A program made the position numbers and the translations under genes. A stretch of DNA of 56,197 nt from Cystobasidiomycetes sp. EMM_F5 (Eukaryota): positions 1 to 56,197 of the forward strand of contig JBPGPT010000058.1 in the NCBI GenBank assembly GCA_051047955.1. The letters run 5' to 3'. The notes beneath the pieces are model-generated. The model had not been told where the DNA came from. It ran no database searches and worked only from the letters and a program-made list of their open reading frames with translations. Positions 12,424 to 25,537 of this stretch are shown in pieces; the first letter of the stretch is position 1; every line of letters starts with the position of its first letter.

Positions 12424-15400
12424 TTATGCCGTAGGGCTGCTGGCCTGCATGCCACTTAGACCAGGCAAACCAACGGCAAACGGATTCGAAACTGCCGACG
12501 GTGCGTTCGCTCCAGGTTCTGCGTTGTTGGCGGCGTTGAACTCTGCCCATTTTGGGCATTTCCGATTTGTCTTCATATGTCCAATCGCGCCGCAATTACC
12601 ACACTTGCGCTGTTGGCATAAGACGAGATCAACAAGATCCAATACAGGTGCACTCAATAACAGCGCCAATATCAAGACTCACTGTCGTTTCGTGCTTGAC
12701 CTTCTTTCCTCCAGGAAGGAATACGTCGCCTGTTATTCCCATCTTTGCATTCTTACGTTGAAGGCGACGTTCCTGGTTTTTACGCAGCTTGTCCAACTTC
12801 TCTGCCAGCCTGCAATAAACGCAAAGATCAGAAGAAGGTTGGCGGCATGTACAAAGATATCGGCATACTTCTTTCTGACGAGGGCATCGTGCTCCGGATC
12901 GCCAGTGAGGACGAGTGCCTCGGGCTCCTGCTCCTCCTCAGCATCAACGTTCTGACGTTGACGAAGATAGCCTTTGATGACAGCAGCATCGCGTACAATC
13001 TCCGAGCGCCACTCGCCGTTTATCTGCAAAAGCGCAATGGAGTGTCACTTTGTTGTAATCGATTCATGAACGAGAGATGGGCCCTTACGAGACGGCGAAT
13101 ACGCAATATCCTCGATTGTCCTTTAGCTTGACCAATCATTGCCGGCGATTGAGAGCGACCATTTAAAGCGCCATCAAACGCTGGACTCATGGACGTAAAA
13201 TCGCCAGGCGTTTGACCACTCTCCATTTTGAGTTCCAACTGGCGGAAGCGAACTTCGTCCTCCTCCGTTATGATGGGTTCGTATGGACTGCTCAATGCGT
13301 CGAACTGCGATCGCCATATGCGCTCAATCTCGGTTCGATATATAGTCTGTTGCTCCGCTACATTGTAGCGATGAGCTGATTTCGGTCGCGACTCAATTTC
13401 TGCCAAACGATCTTCGATCTTTTCGCCTGCTCGCAAAAAGATGTCTTTCATCGACACGCGGAGGAAACTGTAACCCTCTCCACGATGCGAAGGATCGCCT
13501 TCTCCGTGCAGCTTGAGCATGGCCTTGTTTTGTGTAGCGTTGATGAAATTCTTGGTGGTGAACCAGGGCGCTAATTGTTGTCGTACATCCAAGGTACTCT
13601 CTTCGTTGTCTTTGCCTTTATCCTCATCTACGGTAGAGGAAAAACCGGCGTCTAGAAGGTTACGCTGACCAACTTGCGTACTCTCACTAAGAACAATATG
13701 CTCTGGACCGATGAGTTTGAACAACTCGTCTTCGTCCGGCATCCGGCCAGCCTTGATTTTCCAAAAACCTTGATCATCGCCAGCTCTATTAAACTCCATG
13801 AATTCTTTCAACCGTCCTCGCATCTGCATTTCGCTCTGCTCGGGAAAGTACTTGAGCAATTTACTAATCTTTACTCGCTTTTTCGGATTTTTGCTAATCA
13901 GTTTGTAGGTGATTGACTGTAGCCTATGCTTTGCGGTAGCTGTCAGCTTGCGTGCTTGTGGACCAGGAACCTCTGTGCGAGGATACGTTTGCCCGACAAC
14001 GAAAATGTTTTGGATCTCTCGAACGTAAAACTTGGTCTCTCCGTCTACGGTTGTTCTGCACAGAGCCACAGAATCAGCTAGCACTCACAAGAGCCATTGG
14101 CGCACACGCGTACTTCACCACAATGAAGTCGGTATCATATGGCCGATGACGAAATAGAGGTGCGCGAACCAATTTGTTATACAATGCAGGGATCATCTGG
14201 CCGGGTTCTACTTGGCCGAAGCGTAGGAAAGGAGACTCGTCAGAAGGATCTAGAAGGAAAGGCTCCCCTAGATCAGATTTGGGAACGTAGGTGTCGGCCA
14301 TATCGGTCTTGCGGTAGTAGTTGACGAGGATACTTCCCATACCGACATTGGAGATGATAGGCGGATTTTCTTCTGAGTACTCCCACAGGACAAAGCCGCC
14401 AGTGTCTCTCAGACTAAGATCTCCCATTGTGCGGAAGGTTTCAGAACCAATCGAATCTTTCTTGAGCTTACGACCCGTCTTATCCTTTTTACGCTTAGCG
14501 GAGCGAACTTTCGAGAAAGATAACGGTATGTTTGTGGGAAACTGTATTGGAAGGCGGTGAAAGGAACGCAGTTCGTTCTTGCTCAGCTGTGTCTTGTACT
14601 GTGTTGCCGGCAGCAAAAAGTCTCGGTCAGCAGGAGCGACTCCAATGATCACAGACGGAGTGATACACATACCCAAGGCAGTTGCAGCTTCATAGCTGGA
14701 TATGAATGTTGTACTTCGAGGTGCCCAAACGTTTGTCGCACGGTCTTCTTTTGCTCGCGCCGGACTTCATAGAGTTTGTCGTTTGAAAGATTGTAAGGGT
14801 CGTTCTCGGCGCCCGCCGCCCGCCTCATGATGACCCGTTTTAGTTCGGGTGGTTTCTGTTGCTCAGCCACGGAGGCTGGTCCATACGCGTCGTTCAGCGT
14901 CAACTGCAGCCTCGTTATGTCTTGCAAGGGTTGGCGATCAGACCAAATGATTCCTCGTGTCCATTCCCCAGACTCAACCTCTGGATTGCGGAACTGGAAG
15001 CGTACACGGCGTGCGTCGAGCGACCGAGTAGATGACTCTTCAGAACCATGCCCATTGACGAGAGATCGGCTATCAGTGCCATCCCAAAGAATTGCGTCAT
15101 CCCAGTCGCCGTGGTTGACAGTAGAAAGAGGATCATCCAGACGATGTGGCAGACCCCAGCCGGCATCCTTCGCTGTCTGAGAAGGTCGTCTACGTTTAAC
15201 ATCTTACGGTCTCCGACGAGCGCGATGTACAGCTTACCTCGACAAGAGTCTCGTATGAGAAATCATCCAACTTGTCTGCCTCAACTGCCTCGTCATCTAT
15301 GAGCTCTCTCAAGCTTTCAAGTAAGGCTAGCGCTACTGCAGAAGAACGATCTCGAGATTGATGCGAACGAAAGTCGCGAGTAGAGGGTGCACTAGTATAC

Positions 15401-16356
15401 TCTGATGGTTGGGGGAGTGGATCTGAAGCATTGATACGCGTCCGAGGGAATCAGATGGGGTAGCTCTGGCACGAAGTCGAGGCCAGTAAAGGGAATGACT
15501 CACACAACGCTGTACTGGGATCTATCCGCGCGCGTTTTCGTGGCCGCGGTGTGAATAGTTCGGTATAGTTGAGGATACGATCTGGCGCAAAGGAGGGATA
15601 AAGAGAATTGACATCGAGCATCGGAACTGAGTCTGTGAGGAAGGCGGATATATTGTCGTTTCCCCTCTGTTGCATGCGAGCGTAAGACTGCTGAAACAGA
15701 GACTGCTGCTCTGCCAGCTCCTGCGCATCAACATAGTCTTGTTCGGCAGATGCATGCGGCTGCCCGTTGGCATTCGCATCGACGTGCAATATTTCCGAGA
15801 CTTCGGGCATGTTGAAGCTGGCCATGATGTGGTTTGACATTGGCTGGGGCGGCAGAGCGAGACCGTACCCGCCGCGGTCGGGCGGGGCGTGACCGTACTC
15901 ATCTCCGTCGTCGTCAAAGTCGTCATCTTCTCCTCGCAGCCTCGTCGTGGCTCTCGAGGACAAGATTCCTGACGAAGATGCGCCGAGAAGCAGCGCTGGT
16001 CCGGCGAGGGAAGTTCCAACGAGCCTGTCTTCCTCGTCGAGCTCCCTGTCAATCTCGTCTTCCCAGTCGTCGTCGTCGGGGTCTAGGGTCCTCTGTAGCG
16101 TTGGCCTGCCATTCCCACCGCGAGAGGGATATTGCTCGTTGTCGTTGTCGTCGTCGACAAAGCGGTCGCTGTAGATTTGGCTGGCTTCTACGCCGTTACC
16201 AACACCATTGCCGCCCTTTCTCGCGCTGCTCGCTGTCCCGAGCCCCAGCGACGCCAGGCCAGACGTCTTTATCGTCTTGTCGCCGGTAAAGTCGCCCAAG
16301 AACTGGTCGAGGGCAAACCCGCCGAGCTGGCTGACGAGCGCGACATCGTCGTCCAT
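12424..16356 (-). CDS. TAF1: TFIID subunit 1
   Basis: NLSNDKLYE, EYSEENPPIISNVGMG, QLAPWFTTKNF, LHGEGDPSHRGEGYSF, zinc knuckle RKCGNCGAIGHMKTNRKCPKW. Confidence 0.95.
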
Positions 16357-16574
16357 GGATTGTCAGATGTCAGATATCAGCGGTCAGCGTCAGCATCCAA
16401 AAGGTCAGCCCAGGTTGGTCGGAAGGAAAGCAGCTCAAAACGGCGAAGTCGCAAACAAGACGGGGGTTGACTCTGCTCAGACTGGCAAACGAGGAAAAAG
16501 AATGCGGAAATGCGCTCAAACGATGATGGAATGATATTCTAAACAGAGGAAAACCGGGCAACAGTAGCGCAGAA

Positions 16575-19500
16575 ATGCCTGGCCAAGTTGTCGACCACGT
16601 CAAAGAATGGCCCAAAGAGGTATTCAACAACGAGCACAAATGGGGCGGACGATAAAGGAAGAGTCAACCTGACATGCAACATGATTCAGGCCGCCGAGAC
16701 TGCCAAAGAAGTCCGCACCGTCGAGCGACACCTGCGGAGACACTACAAGCGAGCCCTAAAGACGGCAAACGTCAAGCGGATACTCGTAAACATTGTCGCG
16801 TCCGCCCCGCTGATTACTGCCCTTATCGCTCCCCTGTCGTCGGCAAGTCTGGCGCATCCGCGTTGGGAGAACCTCTGTTTGGGCAGCTGATTGAATTGCA
16901 ACCCAAACTCACCCCGCCAGATGTACGATATACCTGCTCTGGCTCAGCACTGGTTTGTCAATGAAAGAGGCGAATCTCTGCCCGATCCCCCGGGATGCCT
17001 GGCGCTGTCGTCTATTGTGAGTACCGGGTGTAAAGATATCGTATAGCCTAACAATGCTCGAGCGATATTCCCAGGGCCTGGCCTTCAACATCGTCGGCAA
17101 TGCTACCCTCATCCTTCGCTTCTCTATCCGCAAAACTCGGTGGTGGAATACGGCCCTCTTCTCTAGTACAATGTGCTGGGTCATAAAGAGCATTCTGGCC
17201 ATAACAAATCTCGCGGTATACGGACCCAGTTCTGTACGCGATATGTGTGTCTAAGCCTGCCATGTTCGTCATCGGCTACTCCATGCTCATTCCCCACCAA
17301 CAGCGGCCAACATTACAGCGAAGGATGGTGGTGTGCTGTGTACACTTGTGTTCTGGCAAATGTTATCGCAGTCATGCTGGTCAGCTACGCAATCTATGCC
17401 AAGATGTCGGACATTCGTGATAATCAAGCAACTCGTGTACAAGGTAAGAAATCGACCTTCGCGACCCGCTTACTTTTTACTAATAATTTCAAATTGTACT
17501 GTAGCCCGGCATTTCCTTGTAAGTAACATCTTTGCTGTAAGTCTGCGTTTCGCACCGCATCTCATTTCAACACCGGGGCGCCTTCTTTCGTCGCGCAGCT
17601 CTCACAATTGTCCTTTTTCCTCTGGTTGGCCATCGAGGCTTTGGCCATCAGTTAGTGCGCTCGTTGTGGTCGCACCACTTGCTCATAAGCTCCCTCGTCA
17701 ACAGGCAGGCTAGAAGGGTGGACATACTATACAAGTCTGTATTTTGCTATCGTACGTCCGGTGCTCTTGTGGATTGGCTACGCATGTCGGATCTGAGTCG
17801 ACCAACCTTCTTGACAGGTAACAGCCCTCACTGTAGGATTCGGCTCGGACTTCGCACCAACGACGACCGCTGCAAGAATCCTCATGTTTCCGTTCAGTCT
17901 CATCACTATCGCTGGCCTGGCCACACAGGTATCGAGCATCATAGATTTCTTCGATGAGCGAACCAAGAAGCGAAAGAAAAGGTGGCGTGCGCTGTATGAA
18001 AAGCGGGAAGGTGATGAGTACCGCAAGGCTCATCCGACTGGTGAATTGCTGGACGAGATGCGCTACCTTCAACGTATTTCCGACGAAGAGGATCGCATTT
18101 CGCGGGCTTACGACCTGACCTTATCACTGTGTGCCTTTATCCTTTTTTGGATACTTGGTGCCCTGGTGTTCCATCGATTGGAGGTGAGGCTGAGCGGTTG
18201 CGCCATGGATGTCCCCCGTCATGCTGACACAATTCGGCTCAGGGCTGGAGTTATGGCATTGTTGGTCACTTTCCTCGTTTACCTCGTCGACTGAAGCGCT
18301 GATATCTATTGTAGGGCCTTTACTTCTGTTAGTAAGTCCGAAGTATGAACATCGGTCGCAATGTATTCCATCGCAATTGAACGCTCTTCTCTAGCGTATT
18401 CTTCTTCACAATCGGATAGTAAGCGCGCACAAAGCCACAGTTCGGCCTCTCTTGGGTAGGACGCTGATACTGCACTTTAAGCGGTGACTTTTATCCCACA
18501 ACAGCCAGCGGACGTGTCTTTTTCGTGACGTAGTTGAGTTTGGGATTGCTTATGTTCGCCTGTCATGACAAATCCGCTGACTCTGTATGTCTTAGTGCGC
18601 TCATAGCCGTGCCTATCGTAGCCTCTTTTGCTATGCAGGCAGTCTCACAGGTGTGTATACTGTCTCGAGGTCACTGCAATCACCTGAGCATCCTTGGCAG
18701 GTTATGATGGCCAGAAATCAGAAGCGTTTGGAAAAATCCAAAGAGCGGATCGGGCTATCTCCGAAAGTCGACAGAACTACGAGTATCAAAATCGAGAACA
18801 GCAGTACCGAGGATGGAAACAGTCAGATCAACCCGTTCATATCGCATGCTGAACTTGTAATTGCAAGCCATCAGCGATATCGAAAAGTCCATGGCGGCAG
18901 CAGCGCTGTAAGCCCAGCGCAGGACATGCCAGATGTGACGAATATCGACAGCGCGGATAGGTCTTCTGTGTCACGGATTACCGACGAAGTCGATAGCTGC
19001 GATGACATCCTACGAACAGAATCAGAGCGGCTAGCGCAATTTGGAGACGGCCTCCGGGAAGGCGGCGGTAGTTCTGTGCTCCAAGCTTTGCGGGAAGAGC
19101 AGGCTCATTCCGAGGGACAGGCACACAGCTACTCCTCTTCTGAGTCAGTTGACGTAGTACCGCCGGCCAACGCAAATGAAGAACAAGGCTCGGAAGATGC
19201 TGTACCTCGAGATAAAGACACATCCATACCTGCTCAGAGAGAGATGCTCGACGAGGTACTCTTGTATGCTAGTACGCCAACCCGACTTCCGTGCTAGCGA
19301 TCTACTGACAAGTTTATTAGTGATCTTGGAAGAGCAAGCTCGCAAGCTCATTCTCGCAAACCTTAAAAGCGGTAGCAAGGCCCGACTTCTCCTTCATGCT
19401 GATCAGATTGTCATGCAACGGAGCACGTCACTGCTGGTAGACACCGATCCCACGGCGCAGAAGGAAGTTCTCAGCCACTCTTCAGACGGCGACGGTGACG

Positions 19501-19793
19501 AAACAGACGAACTACATGGTATCCAGTGAGTCGACATGTTTGTCGCGTAGTGCACGGCAACGTTAAAATCATTGATCGTCAGCCTATATCGCGAAGCTTT
19601 TGCGAATCTGCTTGTTGCTGGGACACGATGTAAGCGGTCTGGTCTGACAGAACGCGGTCTGCTTAATGTACTCACTCACATATTGCCATCAGGTCGCGAC
19701 CTACAAGGCCTGGAGCAGCTCCGATGGGAGAGAAGGCAAGGCTATCCCTTCAAGGATGGAGTGCCAGTTGCGACAAATTGTGACGATGCCTGA
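16575..19793 (+). CDS. TOK1: Fungal two-pore-domain outward-rectifier K+ channel; many introns
   Basis: Several N-terminal TM segments, YSEGWWCAV, pore loop 1 LTVGFGSDFAP (~17829-17860), pore loop 2 TIGY|GDFYP split by an intron (~18408-18500), long C-terminal tail. Start codon inferred. Confidence 0.85.
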
Positions 19794-19997
19794 ATCGCCT
19801 TGATCGATACGAGCCCAAATTCGAGCGTTTCCATTTGAAATCCGGATAATTCAACACACCGTAACGCATACACGCGCTTATATGTATACTATCAGGCTTC
19901 GTGGTTATTCTGTAGCATAGCAAACGTCGTGAAAGCTGGAACTGAATGAGACTCATGGCGACACCGATGCATGCGCAAGCTAGCACAGCTGCTTGAT

Positions 19998-21115
19998 TTA
20001 CACGGGGACTGACGGCACTGGTTGCTTATCTGTACTAATGAGCTGCTTTGATCCCCAGAGAGCGCCAGAGAAGGGGATTTCGTGCCCGGATACAAAGAGC
20101 CGTTCGACCGAGTCTTTTGTTACTACTGCCATGCGAATGGTACCGCCGCTCGAGCCATCACTGATAGAATAAACCGTGTTCAAGATTAATCTGGCGACTG
20201 GATATCGTTGAACAGACGCTGCTTACCGAGACATGGCCAAGGAGACTGCATTCTTGACAAATTCGACAGTTTCATCGCGGCCCCAGCCCTCTTTGTAGTT
20301 GGCGTCGCAGTATCCGTAAATGTAGGACGATCCGGATCCGCCGATTGCCCATGGAGCCTTGAACAAACCACCGCCTAGCGGAATGTTGTAGACGGACGGA
20401 CCAGCTTCAGGATCCCACCCTGCAACAATCAGGCCTGCCGACAACTTGTCTTTGTTGGTATAACACAAGTTTTGGAACAGCGTGGCAGCGGCGTGTACTG
20501 GAGGAGCATGCCCGTGGACTTGGGTGTACAGTTGAAGATGGTAGGCGACAATGTCTGCGATAGCCTGTGTATCTGCTGCACTCCCAGATCTGCGGATGAC
20601 AGACAGCAGGGATCAAGGAGGTTTAGTTTTTTTGCGTTTCGAGTATAGGGTAAGACTACTCGCCTGCAGCAGTAGATGCGGTCATGGAGATGCGTAATCT
20701 TTGATGTGACCCTGTTTACGATATAGGAACCCTGCGAGATCCGACAGTGTGAGCGCGAGACAGGTCGGACAAGCACAAGACCAGCGGTCCCCCAGCTCTT
20801 GAGCTCACCGAAGATGTTCTGCTGTCTGCTCCGAGCACTACGCCTCCGTCGAAAGCTACGGCACTGATGGATTCAAAAGGTAAACGAATCAGCGACCAAA
20901 TCAGCTCGTTCTTTCGCTCAAACGGCGGGTACAGTCTTGATGCCGCCCGCGGAGAGTCTTGCACGTCGCGGCCTCACCAGATTGTTGTCCCGAGGTTGAC
21001 TGGGTTTGATTTGAAATGGTCGTCGTCAGCTACATCCTCGAAACGACGAGCTGCGCTTTCCGTTCCACCGCGCACCTTCGCCCTGCTTGAGCCTCGTCCA
21101 GTCTATCCTTTCCAT
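19998..21115 (-). CDS. PRE3: 20S proteasome beta-1 subunit
   Basis: MERIDWTRLKQGEVNLG|TTICAVAFDGGVVLGADSRTS, CCRSGSAADTQ, GGSGSSYIYGYCD, DGSSGGTIRM. Confidence 0.96.
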
Positions 21116-21291
21116 TATTGTATCCCGCTCGTCGTCGTTGGTTGGTTTAAGAGTGACCCGTTCTCTTCGTCGTCTGCAATGACGCGGTCTGGCTTCCTAC
21201 CAACTGGCCAACAAACTCCAAAAGCTGAAACTGAGCATTAACAAACAGGATTAATTGACATTTCAAATACTGCCAATCCAAATTATTGACC
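21116..21291. promoter_or_regulatory. Probable bidirectional promoter shared by PRE3 and RPN12
   Basis: Only 176 bp separates the two divergent ATGs. Confidence 0.65.
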
Positions 21292-22280
21292 ATGTCGTCC
21301 CCATCGCCGTCGTCGTCGGAGCTGTCCGTCAGCCAGGCCCTCCAGCACGTTAAATCAAGCTACGATGCAAAGGGAAAGCAGCCAGAAATTCAAGAAACGT
21401 CGCAGCTCCTCGTACGGGCAAAGTTGGCCCTCGTAAAGAACGGCCTCCTCCTCCCGGGCGGGTCTGGGTCTCGCCAGCAGTCCAAGGCAGATCTAGGCGC
21501 GGCTAGGGATATCCTCAGCTACGGCGCCCTACTCAGCCTGCGCAGCGGCGATGTGAATGGTTTTGAACGGCTCCTCGCGCAGCTCAAGCCGTTCTGGGAT
21601 CAATGTCTCGGGTGGGGCCGACGTTAGCCGTGCCAGAATACAGACATTCAGGAAGCTCATGATTGCGCGTGCTTCTACAGCCTCGCCAAGTCAGATCTGC
21701 AAGCGCCATTGACCGGCCTCGCTCTGCTCAGACTGCTCGCGAACAACCAAGTCGCAGGATTCCATACGCTTCTGGAGGAGCTAGTCGCGGAAGAAGGTAC
21801 GCCGTGATCCTCGAGCTAAAACACTGCGACAGCTAACACGTTGACACTCGTCAAGGCCTCGACGAACTCATGGCAAACAAGCACATCAAATACACTCTCG
21901 ACCTCGAGCGATGGCTCATGGAAGGCTCGTACTCGCGTGTTTGGGCAGCACGAGACGCAGCCCCAATGCCAGAGTACAACGTCTTTCTGGATCGCTTGAT
22001 ACAAACAGCGCGCAATGAGATTGCATCCTGCGGCGAGAAGGCGTATGCAAGCCTGCCCTTGCACGATGCTGCGGTCTTGCTCTTCTTCAAGGATCGTGAG
22101 CAACTCTTGACCTTTGCAAGTCAGCGACCGGGGTGGACAATCAACCCGAGCACCGAGACAATATCATTCGAAGGGACAGTAGGCGGAGAGAAGGAGGATG
22201 CGGCTCGCGCAGAACTGCCCAAAGAGCGGATTGTGGAGACTGTGCTCGAATACGCAAAGGAGCTAGAGTTGATTATCTAA
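21292..22280 (+). CDS. RPN12: 26S proteasome lid subunit Rpn12 (PSMD8)
   Basis: FERLLAQLKPF, LERWLMEGSYSRV, ARNEIASCGEKAY, YAKELELII*. Confidence 0.93.
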
Positions 22281-22360
22281 TGTTATGCGAACGAGACATC
22301 CACAACAATGGAGATTTCTTCCAATGTACGCGACATACAGGCTACCTGGGAATCTGATCG

Positions 22361-25300
22361 TCAAGACTCTATCAAAGCCTGCTTCTTTGTATATTGTTCT
22401 GACGTGATCTTGCGACTGATGCTTTCAATCTTCCTCCTGACTTCTGCCAACAGATGGCCCCTGGAAACGTTGGACACCGTACGTGTATGCGTCAGTACCT
22501 TTACGCTCATGTCAAACTTGCAAACCTACTCATGCAAGAGCGCAGCTTCTATATTTTGCTTTTGCGACTGTCCAATACGGGCCTGCTGAGCTGAGCTGCT
22601 ACATAGGTCATGTTCCCGGACTTGCGGGTGGAGGGTATCCATCTGCTCCTTGAGCCGTTTTACCCGTGCATCTAGCCCGCTGTTTGACTGCTTGCGCATG
22701 TCTCCGGCGACAGTCTTCTGGATTCGATCCAGCTCATCGAGCCATCTCAGCTCAAAAGACGACAGCTCTGGTTGACTTGCGTCTATTAGCCTCTGCAGCA
22801 AGCGGTCTGCCCGATGATCCAGCTTCGTTTGAAATGAGCGGACGATCTTGATTCTTTCTGCATAGTTTTCAGTGAAGATGCTGTCCATTTCTCGCAATTT
22901 GTCGTCGATGTCGCGAAATTTGCCCTGCTGACGGGGCAGCTCACGCATGTGTAGTTCTAGCCGCTCTTGTATTTGGTTGGCCGCTGCAATCAGTGTTCTG
23001 ATTGACGCATCTAGCGTGTCTGCGGCGCGACCGGTAGAGCGCAAAGCATCAATCGTCACGTCTAATTTGCCGTCCGATGTGACTTTAGAGGGTATGCTCC
23101 CGTTGTGCACATTCGCGAAGCGAGTTGACGCAGACTTGGTCGTATTACTCAACATGCCAGGAAGGACCAGAGGACTGGCATCCTCCAGCGGCGTATATGA
23201 CTTGAGACGCGGTAGGACGGCAAGTGTGGCACTCTGTTTCCCATTCGACTCGAAGGGTTTCAAAGTCTCAGAGCTGTCCGGACCGAAATTGTGTTGCCTA
23301 GCAATATTCACAGCAATGACTTGATGTTGTCTTGTCAAAAATACTGCAGCCACACCCAGGTACGCGTCAGAGATGAGTGCGAGCCCAGCTATTGTGGAAC
23401 CTCGATGTTGCAGCTTGTTTGACTCCTTATGCTCGCTCGAGAAGGGTTGTATCAGGACGGCAGTATCGGCTTTCGCATACACCCTGGTCGTTTGTGCATT
23501 CGCATCATTACCTCCTGTACGGAACAGGGCATTGGCTATTGGTCGTAAACTTATGCTATGCGCGCCCAGAGAGTGTAAAATATATGCATTGTCTGCTTCT
23601 TCATCGTCGGCCGCGAAACGCAAGTCGCCAGATCTTAAGCGCAAAGTTGGACCGAACAGATCGATACTCTCGTAGACCAGTAGCATGGGAAGCGCATCCT
23701 GCTCATATTCAGTCAGCTACCTCGCTCAGATTGCGTCTTCACAAAGATTGAGCGACTCACGCTTGAATCGTGTGACTGTGACCACCCAGGTTCGACTTTT
23801 TCCACATCGATACACACATCTACTTTGCCGTCAGAATAGGCAATCAGGACACAATCTACAGGGGCGAGGTCTGCGTGTGAGGGGTCTGAGATTCGACGGC
23901 ACATAATATCGGTAGCCAGACTTTCCTCCGAGCCATCTAGCTCGATCGGTGATGGTTGTAAGAGAAACGGGCCTTGCCTAGCCAGACGCATTCGACTGGA
24001 ACCATCTGACGTCTGAATTGACACATACTCGGGGACCTCCTCGACAGAACCTTCGTTCCGGGATGGGTGCTGGTCAAGCATAGCATGCAAGTACTTCAAT
24101 TGAAGCGAGTATTGCCTCTGCATAGCTGTTCTGTCACGAGGAGGCAGATCCTCGGCAGCCTGCTTCGAAGTCAGATAATCCGCCTTCTCGGACGCATAAG
24201 CCGCCAGCACTTGAAGTCGTTCATACGGCAGTCGGCTATCGACGTGACATGCTTTCAGTCTGCAGCTCATCAGCTGGCCAACATCAGCGCAAAACGCTCA
24301 CCATTTGCGAGGCAGATACGGGCAGATGCAGTATATGTCACCACTTTGCATCAAGCAATACAAGGTGAAATCTGCCCAGCCATTATCTCCCTGGCCAAAG
24401 CAAAATGAGACTGCAGTTGTGGAACCGTTGTCCGCCTGACTGTAGACAGTCGATCGCTTGCCTTGGGCAGTTTGGGAGGCTCGCGGTGTGGAAAGCTGGT
24501 GTGCGTCACGCGATGTGCGCGTCGGTGTGCCATGTACGCTTGATGAACGGGACCTTCGGGAGCCGGATTCGGTAGCAGTGGGCTGAGCTTCTTGGAGGAA
24601 ATCGAGGGTCTGACATGGCTCGTACGGGTCGGATTGCACATCATATTCGCGCAGTGTGCCATCCTGCGTAAGGACGAGAAGAGCAGCATCGTGCTCGCCA
24701 AAGTGATGCCATGCGACTTTTGCGATAGCAGGCGAGGAGGGGGAATGGTAGTATGGGCCAACCAAGTCGTGTCTGGAATCATCACGTCAATGATTAGACA
24801 GGTTGCATGAAATTACACCTACGAGCAGTCGATGTAGTCAGCCAGCAGTCCGTCCCATCCTGAGCGGGGCACCTGGATTACAGCCACTTGGGACGAGCCT
24901 ACCGCCGCGATGAAGCGGGAATTCGGCGACGGGACGAGGGAGAGGATGTCAAACTTGATCTCTGGGGTGCGAAGGGTCTGTATTTGTGTTTGAAATGGTC
25001 AACGCATATGATATCAGCTTCAAACGAGCTGGATCAATCCAACTCGGCCCAACCTTGTAGGAACCCGACGACGACGCTGCGACTCCCTCTACGCGAGTCT
25101 TGAACTGCGCCAGGCTCGTCAGTCTGATATTCTGCTGCTTTGACGGGGAAACGACTGCGATTTCGCTGCTTCGAAGACGGCAGAGCAGCTGGAGCTTCTG
25201 CCGAGACGGCGACGACGACGACGACCATGATGACACTGCGGTGCTCTGGCTGGCGTCGACGAGGAGCAGCTCGTCGAAATCATCAGGACCGCCGTGGATG

Positions 25301-25437
25301 GACGACGCATTTGGCGACGAAGGCGGGACGAGCGACGACGACGAAGACAGCGACGACGACGACGAATGGCGGCGCTGCTCGTCGTGAAATATCGGGTGCA
25401 GCTTGAGCGATTCCAGCCATGTCGCTGCAGCAGCCAT
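22361..25437 (-). CDS. NUP82: Nucleoporin Nup82/Nup88
   Basis: LKLHPIF at the N-terminus, IAKVAWHHFG...LLVLTQDGTLREYDV, WADFTLYCLMQSGDIYCICPYLP, RQGPFLLQPSP, C-terminal coiled coil with PELSSFELRWLDEL. Confidence 0.85.
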
Positions 25438-25537
25438 GGTTGGACGAAAACAACAACGAACGACGACGATGGCGACGATGATTTACACCTTACAGGGTTC
25501 ATTATGGTGACCCGTGTCTCCTCCCCCTCCTCTACCT

